Shown piece by piece: positions 34,190-47,746 of a DNA stretch of 64,000 nucleotides (position 1 is the first letter of the stretch; each line of letters starts with the position of its first letter). Origin of the DNA: Neophaeotheca triangularis (Eukaryota); the NCBI GenBank assembly GCA_054600435.1, contig BAAIJX010000001.1:434001-498000 (forward strand), in the 5' to 3' direction. A program made the translations under genes and the position numbers. Under the pieces are notes generated by a model. The model saw only the letters and a list, made by a program, of their open reading frames with translations, searched no databases and was not told the DNA's origin.

Positions 34190-35063
34190 ATGCCAGACCA
34201 ATCGACCAAAAAGCAGCGTACGCACCCTCAATACGAACTCCTCTACCACCCAGGGATCCCCGGCCGCGGCGAGTTCATCCGCCTAGCCTTCGAAGCAGCC
34301 GGAGTCTCCTACACCGACATCGCGGTCGAGAACAAGAACGGCGGCTACAAGACCGTACAAGCGATTTGCATGAACGATGGCCCAGAAAGCGCCGAGGGCA
34401 ACGCCCCCGTCTTCGCTCCGCCGGCATTGCGTGTCCCCGGCGAGGGCAAAGACGGGAGTGCCCTGATCATAGGCCAGACGCCGAACATTCTCAACTACCT
34501 AGGCGACAAGCTCGGGGTCGTGCCTGAAGACGAAGCTGGGAAGTTTTACGTACATCAGCTTGCTTTGACAGCATTGGATCTGAACAACGAGGTGAGCCTC
34601 TATTCGGAAAGCCATCATTATATATATTGTCAGACTAACACGTAACCCTGCAACTTGCAAGGTCCACGACTCGCACCACCCCATCGCCGTCGGCCTCTAC
34701 TACGAAGACCAAAAAGAAGAAGCCAAACGCAGATCTAAAGACGTGCGCGAGAACCGTATTCCGAAGTTCCTGCAATACTTCGACCGCACGCTCAAGTGGA
34801 ACGCGAAAGATGGCAAGAACAAGTACCTCGTCGGTTCTAAACTCAGCTACGCGGACCTCACCGTCTGGCAGGTGCTGGACGGATTGATGTTTTCGTTCCC
34901 CAAACAGATGGAGGAGCTTAAGAGTCGGTTTCCGGATGTTTTTGGGACGTTTTATGAGAGTGTCAAGAGTGAGTCGGGCGTGAAGGAGTATTTGGGTAGT
35001 GAGAGGAGGCAGCCGTATTCGATGGGCGTGTTTAGGTACTATCCGGAGCTGGATAAACAGTGA
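34190..35063 (+). CDS. Glutathione S-transferase; exons 34190-34591, 34662-35063 (upstream in-frame ATG at 34034)
   Basis: YELLYHPGIPGRGEFIRLAFE, FAPPAL, GQTPNIL, EVHDSHHPI..YYEDQKEEA and LSYADL. Intron GTGAGC..CTAAC..AAG. Confidence 0.92.
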
Positions 35064-35437
35064 GAGTTGGGGGTTTGTGTGTAGTATCAGACAATTAGAC
35101 ACTCGGATCAGAAACGCCAACAGTATCATCAGACTTACTACTTGAATGATTCAAAGGCAGCATGTTTTCGAGGTACTATGGTAGTGAGGCTGTTGCTGGT
35201 AGGCATGCTTTAATCATCAATCTACCTATCAAGGGCCTGACCCCATAGTGGGTCCGAGGTCGGCGATAACGCAGATAAGACGTAGATGCGACGTCAAAGG
35301 CGAGATGCGGAATGAGATGACACGAGATTCTTGTTTTCATGTGCCAACTATCGTCTTGCCTGAAAGCGAAGAACTCTAACTCCTAGATACCGCAACAAGA
35401 ACAACAAGCTCTAATCAGCATTTCTGATTCTCCAACC

Positions 35438-36001
35438 ATGCCAGCATACGGACGCGGCGGCGCCGGGAACATCCAGGCAGTCGACGCCGAGAATGCGCGA
35501 GTGGCACAGGATCTCGAAGCGAACCAGGCGAACGCAGAAGCTTCCCTCCAGCCCTCTTCGCTGTCCGATATGATGGCTCGTGAAGAACAACAGTACGCGC
35601 ACAGCGGCCGTGGTGGCGCCGGCAATTACTATTCCCCCAAAGAGCTGAGCGAGACGGGCAAGTTCTCCGATGCCCAGCGCAGCCATATTCTCGGTGACGG
35701 GACTGCGGAACCCGCGGAAGCTGGTGCTGCGGGCGGCGAACAGCCTCATTCTTACTCTGCTGCGCCCAGGGCGGCTGGGAGTAGCACTGGGAGTGGAGCG
35801 GTTGGAAAGCAGGGGAGAGGGGGCGCGGGGAATATCTCTTATGGGCTCAACGAACAGGACGAGGCTCGCGCTAGATGGTATCTGCAGCGTGAAGAAGAGC
35901 AGCGCAGGCGGAAGGAGTTGAGCCAGGATGTTGAGAAGGGGGTGAAAGAGTCGTTGGCAGAGCCGCCCAAAGCGAAACTGCCAGGGGGGCAGCCTTATTG
36001 A
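35438..36001 (+). CDS. DUF3602-like protein with three GRGGAGN repeats (187 aa)
   Basis: YGRGGAGNI, SGRGGAGNY and QGRGGAGNI. Confidence 0.85.
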   Translation: MPAYGRGGAGNIQAVDAENARVAQDLEANQANAEASLQPSSLSDMMAREEQQYAHSGRGGAGNYYSPKELSETGKFSDAQRSHILGDGTAEPAEAGAAGGEQPHSYSAAPRAAGSSTGSGAVGKQGRGGAGNISYGLNEQDEARARWYLQREEEQRRRKELSQDVEKGVKESLAEPPKAKLPGGQPY

Positions 36002-36335
36002 GTTCTTGACGGAAACTACAAGCTACTGCGCGAGACGCTATCTGCAAAGCACACTAGCAAGTTGCTGCGGCCAAGATCGAAAACAACTCATACCAATACT
36101 GCGGGTATCGATGCTGTGCTCTGCCGTTATCATGGGACAAGCTTGAATGATGAAAGCAAGCGCGGCAAAAGAGAGCTGAGCGATCGTCCTGTTTCCGATG
36201 TACCCAAGCGCCTTTGATGATGAAAGCAACCAACGCGTCGAGAATGGCTCGAAGGAGGAGCCAGAAATGTTTCCAAGAAGCGAATCTCAACTGCCACCTT
36301 CATCTCTCCACTCTTACACATTCGCTCCGGGCCAT

Positions 36336-37447
36336 TCAGGACGTCGCAGCGGACTTTCTTGACCCATTGTTCTTAAGCCGGCTTCCCTCCCTCTTCAGTG
36401 GTGTCAAGCATTTGTACACATGTCTGAAGTAGCCTGTGCGGCCTTTATCCCCGCTAGCAAGCGCAACCCAACGCTCACAGGTGCCGCACTGAACTTCCCA
36501 ACTACCCGCCCCCCGGCCCTCGCGCATGGCTCGTGGCTCAGGCATTCGGTCGCCTCCGGAGAGAACACCGTGACAGTAGTGCAAATGGTACCAGTAGGCG
36601 GAGTCCTTGAGTTTCCAGTACGTGGAACAATACCCACACCATCCCCTGCGGTCCTTGCCTTCACCCACAGTCCATCGGGCGGTGTACAGGTCACTCTCGG
36701 ATCGAGGCGACTGCGGTTTCGGCTCGACGTCTGGAAGTGCCATTAGCATGCTGTCGGAGACTGTCGGGGTCGACTGTTGACCGTCCAACCCGGCAAACAG
36801 GTCTGGCTTCTTGATGTGAGCCGGCTGGTGTTCCACGGAGCCGCGGCCAACCCGGTGAGCTCTGTTGGGTAGCAACAATGGAAGTGTTCGGGGAACATCC
36901 GATAAGGCTGGACGTGTGGTCAAACCGACTGCCTCAGCCGTTCCAACATGGCCCTGAACTGCGTGCCTGCTCGCCTCGTCGGCCTTGTTGGTCGAGCAGC
37001 AGGCATCAAATGGCGGGACCTGTTGGAGAGATTGTAGGTCGAATGCTCCCTGAAATGGTGCATTCGTCGAATAGCTGTTGATTGGCGTGCACTCAAACGT
37101 AGGCTCGGGGTGGGCAACGTGCCAAGATTGAAGGCCTTGACCGCCTAAGGGATGGTTGTAGTCTGTAGAGTCATGTGAGTACGCAGCATTGTTGCTTTCA
37201 AGCTTCAACACTCACAGCCACCCAATTGAGTTCCTTCGAAATGGCTATCGTCGAAGACGAACGCACCAGTGCCTCCGGCTCCCATGGCTATATCGTCGTA
37301 CGACAACCTGTTGCCGACCCACTCCTGCGACCACCCTGCCTCACCGCTGTCATCGGAGAGCGTTGTTTGCTGCTCCCCCCATGGCTTCAGGCAGTAGTAG
37401 GCGAGATACCCACCGTTGTTGTCTAGGCTCCCATATGGCGAGTTCAT
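36336..37447 (-). CDS. Rua1-domain (DUF4451) putative transcription regulator; exons 37447-37216, 37162-36336
   Basis: DLYTARW..GEGKDRRGWCGYC..WKLKDSAYWYHLHYCHG, plus a second CGTC..H..KC cluster. A 53-nt GTGAGT..CTACAG intron (37163-37215) links the upstream exon MNSPYG.. in phase. Confidence 0.8.
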
Positions 37448-39540
37448 AAAAGGCACGAAAACGACATCCAACTTGGGGGTTCGTACGAGATGATCTGAGC
37501 GGAGTTCGAGGGGAGGTCCTGCACGCCCCCGACCTCTATATACCCAGCAGCTCTGGGCATGCGGACATGGGTCCGAAACGGAAGGGCCGCTCCCAACCGC
37601 ACTCGCGCCAGAGCACAACTCCCCCTCCCAGCGGTCAGCAACCTTCGAGACCTGCGTCTCGCACCATTCCTGGAGGCGTCGACTAGCGACGACTATGCTG
37701 CGGCCTCCCGTATTCTCAGACACCAACGTGTCCTATCGAAGCAGAGTGCGTTTCCCAAGTGTGTCCGTTCACCGCAGCAACGTCCGGATCCCTCAATATC
37801 CGAACAGATAATGGCGAGGTCTTTGCGCTGGCGGTCGGAAGCAAGGGATGGGGGGCAGGTTCCCCTTGGACATGCAAGCAGCCGTCTTGGCGCGAGTCGC
37901 ACAGCCGCACCCTCGGTCGCAAATCTTTGACATTTGGCAGGTCCACGGTGGACAGGCGCTGTTTCAAGCCAGCCGCAGCTGTCAATCCTCGCCGTGCATG
38001 CGCTTCACGACACCTTGACAGATTGCGTATACCCAGAAGGGAGGTTGCGAGGGCCAGAGAGAAGAGGGTTCGAGGATTTCCACAGGCACAGGGGCCCGGG
38101 GCCGGACAAGCGACGACGCACGTCAGAGTATGTAGTGTGGTAGTACACCGTCTCCTTCTCACGTGACGGAAAGAAAACCCCGAGTCCCAACGGCTACCCG
38201 CACGTGTATCTTGACTCTTCTGCCCAAGGACCCCAGAACCCCTTCTCTCGGTCACAGTCGGGCGAACCGCTTCCCCTTCGCCTTCGACGCTCGAGCACAA
38301 GATCTACTGACGAACATCGACAATCCGGGCAGGCGGGCTGGGCGGCTCGTCCGGAATGTGAAGCCGGAACAAAGAAACAAAGTTTTTTTCTTTCTTTCTT
38401 TCTTTCTTCCTTCTCTTTGCTGAACAGCCAACGCAGTGTGACAGGAAAAGAAACAGAGCAAACACATGCTCGAGCTTGAAGCATGTATGTACGTATGTAG
38501 GTCGAGTGATTGGATCACAAGCCACGGACGCCTCCATTCCTAAGATTGAACTCTTCCCTATCGCGTCGAATTGTCGGGTTAGCCGGGGGTTTTTTTTTGT
38601 TCGATATACTCGCGTTCATGCTGGCCAGCTTGCTCTGCCTCTCGTACGACTCCAGCGTGTTTCGACTGCCTGTCGAACTGCCTACAAGCTTCGGTTTTGG
38701 TCGGTCGAACCGGGCAGCACGGACAGCTGAGGAGCATTGCACCCCCTGTATGTGTGTGGCCTTGTTGCGAACCACGTTGGCGTGAGCGGGTGGGAAACAA
38801 AGGTAGGTATATAGGAAGGTGGGTGCATATGTAGGCGTGGTAGTCGTGCGACGGCAACGGACCTCGCAGTCACTGTAGACTCTTTTGAGAATGCTTCCTC
38901 GATGCTTGTGATGGTAATGGAGCATGTCGTAACCCTCCAATCAATCCGCACAATCCGTAGTCTTTTCCAGTCATCCAATCTCCGGTTACACCAACTTCTA
39001 CAATTGTTAATGCTTGGTTGTAAAGCAGTATACTATGTATTCTCCTCCCTCCACGCTTTCGCTTGTTACCAGCAGTGGTGGCGCTGTCGACCCCTTGCGT
39101 CAATCCTGTTTGATCGGCCAAGAGCTCCTTTTACATGCATGCGCGTGTGCGTGTGCGTGCAACGGCGAGCTCGGCTCAATGCACGCACACGATACAGGCG
39201 GGGGTCTGGATTGCTGCGACCGTGATCGCGAGAAAGTTTGCTGTGACATGATGCACGAATGAGATGGTACCTCTGCCGACGCGTGAAAATTGTCATTCGG
39301 ACCACATTGATGGCCACGATCGTGTTCGTCATCCAGAGGCGTGTTCTGATGCAGGCTGGGACTGGGTTATAGGAACTACGGAGAGGTCTGAAGTGAGAAT
39401 GATGAATCAGACTTCTTCGGGGTAGCTAGATTACTACACCACACATGTGACACGGTCGGTGCTCAGTAGCAGCCCACCCGACCACACGACCCACCTGACC
39501 CCCAAACACCTACGCTCGAGCAAAAAGATAGCCACACCGC

Positions 39541-42500
39541 TCAATCGCCCTCTCTGGCCTGCCTCTGCTGGTCCACCGGCGTGGCACCCAGCACCCATCC
39601 CAGCCCACTAGCCAGACCCCCGGAGACAGCGTTGAATGCCATATCCCTCTTCCTAACTCTCTGCCCATCCTCGTCCACACCGCCCTCCATACCGCCTTCG
39701 AAGCCACTTTCACGGCGACCAGTGGACGTTGGCGACGTCGTATTCTGCCCTAGAGGAAAAGCATTCTTACTCAGCGCCCTAGCCGCCGACCTCGTGAGGT
39801 CGAACATGCTCATCGGGGCCTCGCCCTCGCCACCGCCTCCCAGTCTTCCCATTTCCCGCCTCTTCTGTCCGAGCACCATGCCCTCGTCACTACGGTCTAC
39901 GACAAAATTGCCAGGGAGACCGCTTTGTCGCTTGTCAGCGCGGTCGTCAAAGTCTTCTTCCGCTTCTGCTTGAGAGGCTTGTAGCGCTGTCGTCTCTTCT
40001 TCGCAGCGCCGCCAGACGCTGAGGATTTCGCTGAGAGCAGACGTTGGGGCCAGCAGGAGGGCGAGCGAGAGGAGCTCGGTTCGTTGTTCGAGACGGCGGA
40101 CGGTCGGTGGGGAGGAGGTGGGGGATCCTCTGTAGCGGCCAGCGAGGAAGGCAGCACGCCAGGAAATGTCGTCTTCAGTCTTGCGTTTTGATAAGTTGCC
40201 CGGCTTGTGGTCCGGGGCCGCGATCTGTGGACCCGAAGGGGTGAGTCGGTTCACGATGTACGAATAGGCTGTTTCGAAATCATCCTCGCGTAATGCGGCT
40301 TCGATTGCCATGAGGACGACCTTTCTCTCGGCGTCTTTTCTTGCTTTGGCTTGTTCCTCTTTGCTCTCCTCTGAGGGAGCGTCTCTGTCATCGGCATCCT
40401 CGAAAGTAGTGTTTGGCAGGCCGGCAGATACCAGGTTGCCGCCTATCTCGACTAGATCATCAAGCTTGGTATAGCTCCTTGAGTTCTGCTCGAGCACCTT
40501 GTTCAGCAGACCAAGAGGATCTTGGCTAGCGCGGAGATTGACAGGTTGGAAAGGGACGCCATGCTGTAATGTGAGCGAGTAAAAAGATAACGCGTGAGTC
40601 GCTGATATCAGGGAGATGGCCTTGCGGTACCCTGGGTCGTTCTTGAAGTATGGTCGGAAAGCGGCAACGCTGCACGCCCTTGTTAGTCTTACCACTCGAC
40701 ACAAAGAATACTCCCACACTCACATGTCGTTTGCTTTTTTCATTCCCCCTCGTGTTCGGTTACCGTTGGACGCTCCATCGTATGCTTCCATCGCTTTGGC
40801 AAGAGTGACCTCTTTGACACGCTCAGCGGGTAGCCTACGGGGGTCTTCATTCTCGACATTCAGGTTCAGGTTGATCGCTAGATTGTAGCCTATTCGGGGA
40901 GGGAAGCAACTGTCAGCGCGACGTCCACGTTGCAACGCGACTTTCTTCTATGACGAACGGGAAGCTTAGTTCTTGCGATTCGGCCCCGGCGAGTGCATCA
41001 GTGTTTTGCACAGGGTCCAAATCGTCTACTGCTTCATGGGAAAGGTGTAAGTCTGGCGTTGTTGAGATGAAAATGGCGTACGGCGCTTTGAATGGCCTCA
41101 TTGGGTAGGAATAAAAAAGGTGATTCCACTTACAGCTGGTATCAACGAAGACCTTGAGCATCTCTTCCTCAAAATCCTCCCGATCGATTTTTCCCAGTAC
41201 GCCTGCACCATTTCTCGCTGTTTCGTCGTTGGTATCTATTCCCCAATTCCACAGCCAAAGAAGCTTTGCTCGGTCCGCTATCCATTGGGATTCATCCCGC
41301 CTATTGTTTGCGCCAGATCCTGCAACGCTGCGCAACATCTTCTTAAGTGTTGCGAGCTGTTCCTCGGCGGTGGAGTAAAATTGTAGCTTCGCCACACCAA
41401 CGAGTGAGCTAGGGTGGCCCAGGCCATTGAATTGATAGGCACTGTAAACGATCATCTGGAGAAGCATATAAGACTCTAGCCTAGGGCTTGTCAGGGGATG
41501 CTCCGGGCGTAAGAGAACGTGAGGCGCGAGCAACGAGACGTCTTCAGATTTTTCCAAAACTGTAGCTTGCCGTTCAATCTTTGGCAAGGAATCCACACTT
41601 GTAGCCAGATCGGGGGGTGGTACAAAGTCAAGCAACTCCGCCAATCGAGCGAGAATATTGTGGGCGTCTTTGACGGTCTGCTCCGTGTCTGCCGTCACTG
41701 CGTAGCACGCGGCAAAAGCAGTCTGCCCGTACTGCAACTCCAATTTACGCTGCAGCTCTTCGTCCAGGTAGTTTTCAGCAACATCATAGCCTCCTAGATC
41801 GACATCGCCCGGCCCGTCCCAGTCCTCGATTGCGCTGGCAACGGCCTGGAAGTCATGAGCCGCACGCTTGACCAACCACTTGTATGCGTGCTCCCAGTCG
41901 TGTCCTGTCTTGTCCTCTCCCGTCACGCCATCTAGGCCAATCTTCTTCATCCCGCGCGAAATACCATCAACGCTCGCCTCCTGCGGCTCGTCTTTGTTTT
42001 CCAACCCGAGCTTGCGCCTCTTCCTCTCCGTGTGTCCATAAATCCACGGCCCGCATAGACTCTTGAGATCACGTCCGAGAGTGTGCTTGCCTGACGCAGC
42101 CGTATCTTCGACATTGTGAGCCAACAGGAAGTCGATGCCCTCGTTCCCCTCCATGGCCTCGAAATCTCCAATCGCCAAGTCGTTTTCGCTGTCTGGGTAG
42201 AACTCATAGTTCCTCCTCAACATCGGGAGGCATACTGAGATGTACCACGTGCGGAGGTAGTAGCTCCTCTCAAGGAACGGCTCGACCAGCTCGGGTACGA
42301 GGTGTAGCATGCCAGTCTCGGCGTCTATCCTGTGAGCTCGGTGAATGAGCCAGCGAGCCAGGAGGTCCTTGGGAGCGTGCGGCGGAAAGGCGGGCGGGTC
42401 AATCTGCAGCAAATGCAGCTTCTTGACCTTTTTCTGTGCCTGCTCATCGGCAACATCCTTGACGGGGGATATGTCGACTTCAACATTCTCGCGGTCCACA

Positions 42501-42718
42501 TCGAGGTAAAGGCGCGAGGCTACTTCGCCGACGTAGTTTGTATAGGATGAGGGATCGAGGCTTCCGGGCAAGTAGGTCAAGAGTATGCGCAGGACGAGCT
42601 CAGGGTCAAGTGCGTCGAGGCGTAAAGGGGTGAAGCTGTGCAGGCTCTTGATGTCCGCATTGGATGCGAAGTGGACTGTCAAGAGCACACACTGCGCTGG
42701 GGTAAGGTCGGCGGCCAT
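39541..42718 (-). CDS. SEC39: Secretory pathway protein Sec39 (Dsl1 complex); exons 42718-41134, 40889-40724, 40669-39541
   Basis: LVLRILLTYLP, WDGPGDVDLGGY, YDGASNGNRTRGGMKKA, ATHALSFYSLTLQHGVPFQPV and GLASGLGWVLGA, as I recall for Pezizomycotina Sec39. Both introns are canonical and in phase. Confidence 0.88.
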
Positions 42719-43057
42719 GGCGGTGGTGGTGGTAAGGACTGTCGTGAGAGTCTTAGGACTATGGGGCGATGTATGCCAGTTGAACCTCCATTCCAGTGTG
42801 TGTGCCAGCTGCCGCAAGGTCTTTTATTATTACAGCAATACCTCCTAGGTACTGTAGATGTTCCCGTTGTGGGGGTAAAAATGGGTCTCAAGCTTCAAGA
42901 GTCTCGACCAGTTGGGAAGCAGGAAGTTGAGTCCGATATATGCCAAGACTTTCGTCTCTGAAGTTAGAGGTACACCTTTGGGTGGATTCGCTTTCCCTAC
43001 CCATCACCTCATTCCACTGTACGCTCCGAACCACTTCAGCATACTCTGAAGAGCGCC

Positions 43058-43883
43058 ATGGATGAGGCGAGTGAGGGGCATGAATTGCCCAACTCGCTTG
43101 AGCAGTATCGCATTCAACATGTCCCCGAGTCCATGTACTACATACCAAACTTCATTTCACCCGAAGAAGAACAATCCATCACAGACAAGGTAGGATAGAG
43201 TACCACACATCTCCATCAGAACCCATCGCACACCCTTGAACATTTTTTTTTCAAAAGAAAATCCACCAACTCACACTAACTAGATCCCCCAAAACAAATG
43301 GGTGGCTCTTTCCAAACGCCGCCTCCAGGCCATCCCCTCCAGGCTAAGCGCAACCAATACTCTCCTCGCCGCGCCTCTCCCAGACTGGCTCACTCGTCCC
43401 GTAGTAGACCGCATCCACGACCTCGGAGTCTTCCAAGGAGCACCACACGGCATCAACCACTGCCTCGTGAACGAGTACCAACCAGGACAAGGCATCTTCC
43501 CGCACGAAGACGGCGCCGCCTACCACCCAATCGTCGCCACCGTCAGTCTAGGCGGCAGCATCGTTCTGGAAATCACGCCCAAACCCAGTGACGACGAAAC
43601 ACGCACGAAGCCGGAACCCTGGCGCATCCTCCAAGAACCGCGGTCTCTGCTCCTCACCGCCGGCAGCGCTTACACCGAGACTCTGCACGGGATCGCGGAA
43701 GTCGAGACGGACGAGGCTCTCGGCGCCGATACCGTGACGAACTGGAGTTTGCTCGGGGATGCGGAGGCTGTCGTGGCGAAGGGGGGGCGCAATGAGCGGC
43801 GAACGCGCGTCAGTCTAACTTGTAGGGACGTGAAGAAGGTCTCGAATGTCGGGGCGAAAATCTTTGGTAGACCGCGGGGCTGA
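43058..43883 (+). CDS. ALKBH6: AlkB-family Fe(II)/2-oxoglutarate dioxygenase (ALKBH6-like); exons 43058-43189, 43284-43883
   Basis: YYIPNFISPEEE, NHCLVNEYQPGQGIFPHEDG (HxD), LHGI and RVSLTCR. Confidence 0.88.
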
Positions 43884-44376
43884 GAGTCGATGCTTTTGTG
43901 AACAAGGTGCAGTTGCCCTCTTCGGGGTTTCTCGCTTTGCTCTTGGGGAAAAGGCGAGCAGCGGCCCCCGTTTGGCGAAGCCAACCCGGAGCAAAGGTTC
44001 TGCACCTCGTCTGTTATCGCATTCTGTCCATTCTAGCTAGGAATGGTAACGTGCAGATTTGAGATGGAGGTAAAGCTACGCTCCCAGGGTTGGCGTTCAG
44101 GGGTCATGGCTTCAGGGAGGAAATGCCAAGCTTTTGCGGCCTTAATAGTCCAGGCCGTGATGCACGAAGACTTGCGGTTCGGCGATGGTAGGGGACGGTT
44201 TGTTTTTCAGGCCAGATCAAGTAAGTATTCGAAAGCCCGAGGGATAGTCAAGGATGTCCTTTGGAGCAAGAATACAGCGTGAAAAGTCTACTTGTGTATA
44301 AAGGTATAGCCAACCTGGTCCTTTTATCATTCCCATGGGTATAACAGAACTTTCCAAAGTGCGCCGAGCCAAACGC

Positions 44377-45730
44377 TTAATCATGCCCTCGTGAAGAAGG
44401 CCCAGGCAACCGCTCCTCCTCCCACCGAAACTCGGTAGTCTGCCACACGGCATTCCTGTTCAAACTACTCTGACTACTCGTCTCGATGCCATCGCGGGCA
44501 TGGTCCGGAGAGATGTCATCGCTGTGCTCTCTGGTCTTTGAGTATATTTGGTTTGCTTGCGTGTTCTGCGCCCTTCTGTCCGGCCGCAAGCTTATGTGTT
44601 TGTCGCCTGTCATTTGCTTGGACTGGTTCTGGCTGTTGTTGCCGCTGTTGGATAACTGCCCGCTTCGCGACTTGTCCATGAGCTCGATGTCGCGGCTCGT
44701 AATGCGGAGGCCGATCTGCCCGGTTTGGACGTCGGCGATGAAGCTGTTAATTCGAGGGAGGGTGGATGTGATGACGCTGAGGTGGACGACGACGCTGCGA
44801 AGATGGTTAGCTGGTGTGGATAGGCGGTAATCTCTGCCTGGCAGAACGAACATTGCCAATGTCCAGGAGGCTGTTTGTCCCCATGTTTGATCTTCTGCTT
44901 GCAAGTGCCTGGAGACCACAATCAGCTGGCACAAGGCCATGACGCAGACGATTAGCCTCAGTCCGAACAGTATGCAGGGTACAGTCCTCTGTCGTAAAGA
45001 GGCCTGGAGGCTCCAGATGCGAGGTATCATCCATACAGAAAGCAGGATGTCCGTGATGATGTTAAGTACAATGATGCAATACTGAAGCACGCCATTCGTG
45101 GAGCATTGATCCGGATGGTAAACCGTAGTCGCGCCGCATTGGAGACCTTGCACAAGGAGCGAGAAGAGTGCGAAGAATCCGACGCTGACAGATAAGATTG
45201 CCACGCCCCGTCCATCCTGTCGAGGCGCGATTCGCTCGTAAAGTAAGACCACTGAAGCTTTTGCCAGGGACATGGCTACTATACTCAGCATCGAGGATGT
45301 GTAAGTAAGCTGTTGGGGACACAGTCAGCGCTGGCTATCTCAGGACCGGTCTCAGGCTTCAAGGCGGCTTACATCGTAGAAGCTGCTGAGGTTCGAGGAT
45401 GTAAGAGTATCCTGATGTCGTCCGAGGCCATCGTCGACAGCTCGCTCGACTAGAATGCTCGTAAGGATTGCAAAACCCTAAAGGCCATGTCAGCGAAGGC
45501 CAGTCTTCGCGAGTCGAGTCGCATGCGCCTGACGAGGGTGAACTGACCACAGAAGACAGAAAAGCGATATCGTCCTTGTGGAAACCCTGTTTCGTCTTGA
45601 TGGTGATGAGCACTCTTGTAATTGCGGCTACGACTGTGAAGCCGGCAAAGCAGTACGAATGTACCACCACGATTGCTCCTCTGTCATTCGGCGTAAGCGC
45701 TTGCAGTGGTGGCAGCGCATTGGAGGGCAT
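44377..45730 (-). CDS. Fungal rhodopsin-domain (PTH11-like, no CFEM) integral membrane protein, multi-exon
   Basis: Multiple TM helices with DDIAF, AVDDGLGRH, LAKASVVLLYERI, NIITDILL and FGLRL. Canonical introns. Confidence 0.82.
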
Positions 45731-47746
45731 GATTTCTCTTTCGAGGACGCCGGAGAGCTTCCCCAATAAATTTTGATATCCAGGTGCCCGGGTCCCAGAG
45801 AAGCTCGGCGTGGGATGTGGTTTTGTCGAGAGCCTCACAACAGCTCGTTTCGTTTCTCGTGGATAGACTTCATCGCACTCTTCTATCACACGCAGGAGAA
45901 GAGGTCCAAGTTGCTGTGCTTGACGTCGAAAGGCGGCAGCGGAGGAAGCTGGGAAGTCTTGCAGCGGGGAGAGGCACCTGCAGACATACTACACTACTAG
46001 TACACGGCAGATTGATTTAAAGTTTGACATGGATGCGTGGACGGGAGCGAACAAAACACCCATGCTTAAATATTAAACTCACGATTCGTGTCCTAGGTAC
46101 TACTTAAGCGACAAGTCAGCATCATTCCAACGGCGGTATTATTATATTATACCAAGAAATTTATGTTGGTTGAAGAAAGTAGTACCATGTCATGCCGATG
46201 TATCGAATAATGTTGGCGAGGGTTAGTTCTGGGTAGTCGGAATCGCAGCTGACAGAAATCGATCGTGCAGGGGAAGAAGATGATATTGCATCGGCCACGC
46301 GTGATCACAATGTTATTGACGACGGGGCCCAAGCCGATCGGAAGAGGCTTCAGCTTAGGAAAAGATCGACAGGTTAATTCGCAATCCTCCTCAACAACAG
46401 CGTGGTGGCATGAATGGACCATGGGTGCCATGGATGCCTCTATGCGGGATAACTTCACAAGAAGCACGTTTGAAACACGAAAGGGATTTCAGCGCGCAGG
46501 GCGGCGTGTTGCCTTGAATCTTGCGACACGAGTTGAAAGGATCGAGAGCACAAGAAATAATAATGTTACGTCCAGGCACTTGTAACCCTGATTTGTTCGA
46601 CCAGGCTGACCTCGATAATATCGCTCCTCGTAGATTGGTTGAAATTGTCCTTTTCGCCGTCTTAGGGCTTGGAGGTATTGTTGGCCCCTTGTACATGCAT
46701 CTTCTATTTGAACATGACTGCCGTGCCGTTGTGACATGACTGCAGTGCCTGCCGTTGTAGGGAGTAATAAGAACGTGTGAAGAAGACCTGCCGTCGCTAC
46801 CTACAGTAAGTACCATACCTCCTATGAGCGTCTTGCGAGTAATAGTATACCGTCGGGTTGGTAAGTTCCGAGAATGGTTTGAAGATTACCTTGGGCACTA
46901 ATAACCTCACCCCGTGCAGCCGTGCTTGCCCCTGATGGAGAGCTCAAGCGTCAGAGAAGCTGGAACTGAGCCGACACAAAAGATCGGTTAAAGCACGGAA
47001 AGATTGCGGTGAAAGATAGAGTTTGTGTAAGACCGGGCGGCGGGCGGGCTTTGAAGGAAGCGGACCGTCGACTCGGTCATTTTATTATTCAATATTATAT
47101 TTGAATATTCTGTTGATTAGAGGACGTCCAGTAAGCACGCACTGAAAGCGCCCGCGGACCGGGCAAGCACCTTTTTGCCATCTGTTCCCTTGTATGTATG
47201 CTTATCTTATCCAACAGAGTTCTTCCCGAATCTTTCGTTTCCCGCTTGCTTCCAATCTTCAGAGCCTACAGGGGTTCGCTCAGGGGCTAACCCTGGCCAT
47301 GACTCGCACAATAACAATACCGAAATCAAGCGTTGCAAGCATGGGAGTGGACGAACTCATGTAGAAGGATCGACAGGGCTAATTGATTAGCACTAAGTTT
47401 GACACTCTGCCTAGTCAGAAATTCAGAATCCTCTGCCCCACTGAGGGACCGCGAGTGGCAATATGGCGGAGTCGAGTGGGCAAGCGCCGGAGAGACTCCA
47501 TCTTCCTTCAGGGATTTGGGGAAGACTGATGAGCAATAATAATATCTCGTGAGACTAGGCTGGATGCCCGGCATCAGGGTCCTATAGCCAACTCAACACC
47601 CTAATCGCGCAATTGATATCAAGTAGCTTTTGATATTATTGAGAGGTCGTCATGGGTCTCGTCTAAGCATCTTTGAACCTCACACTTCTACCATCTCTCG
47701 CGCGCCCCACCCTTTGGTGACAGTTCCGCCAGGAGGCACCACCACA

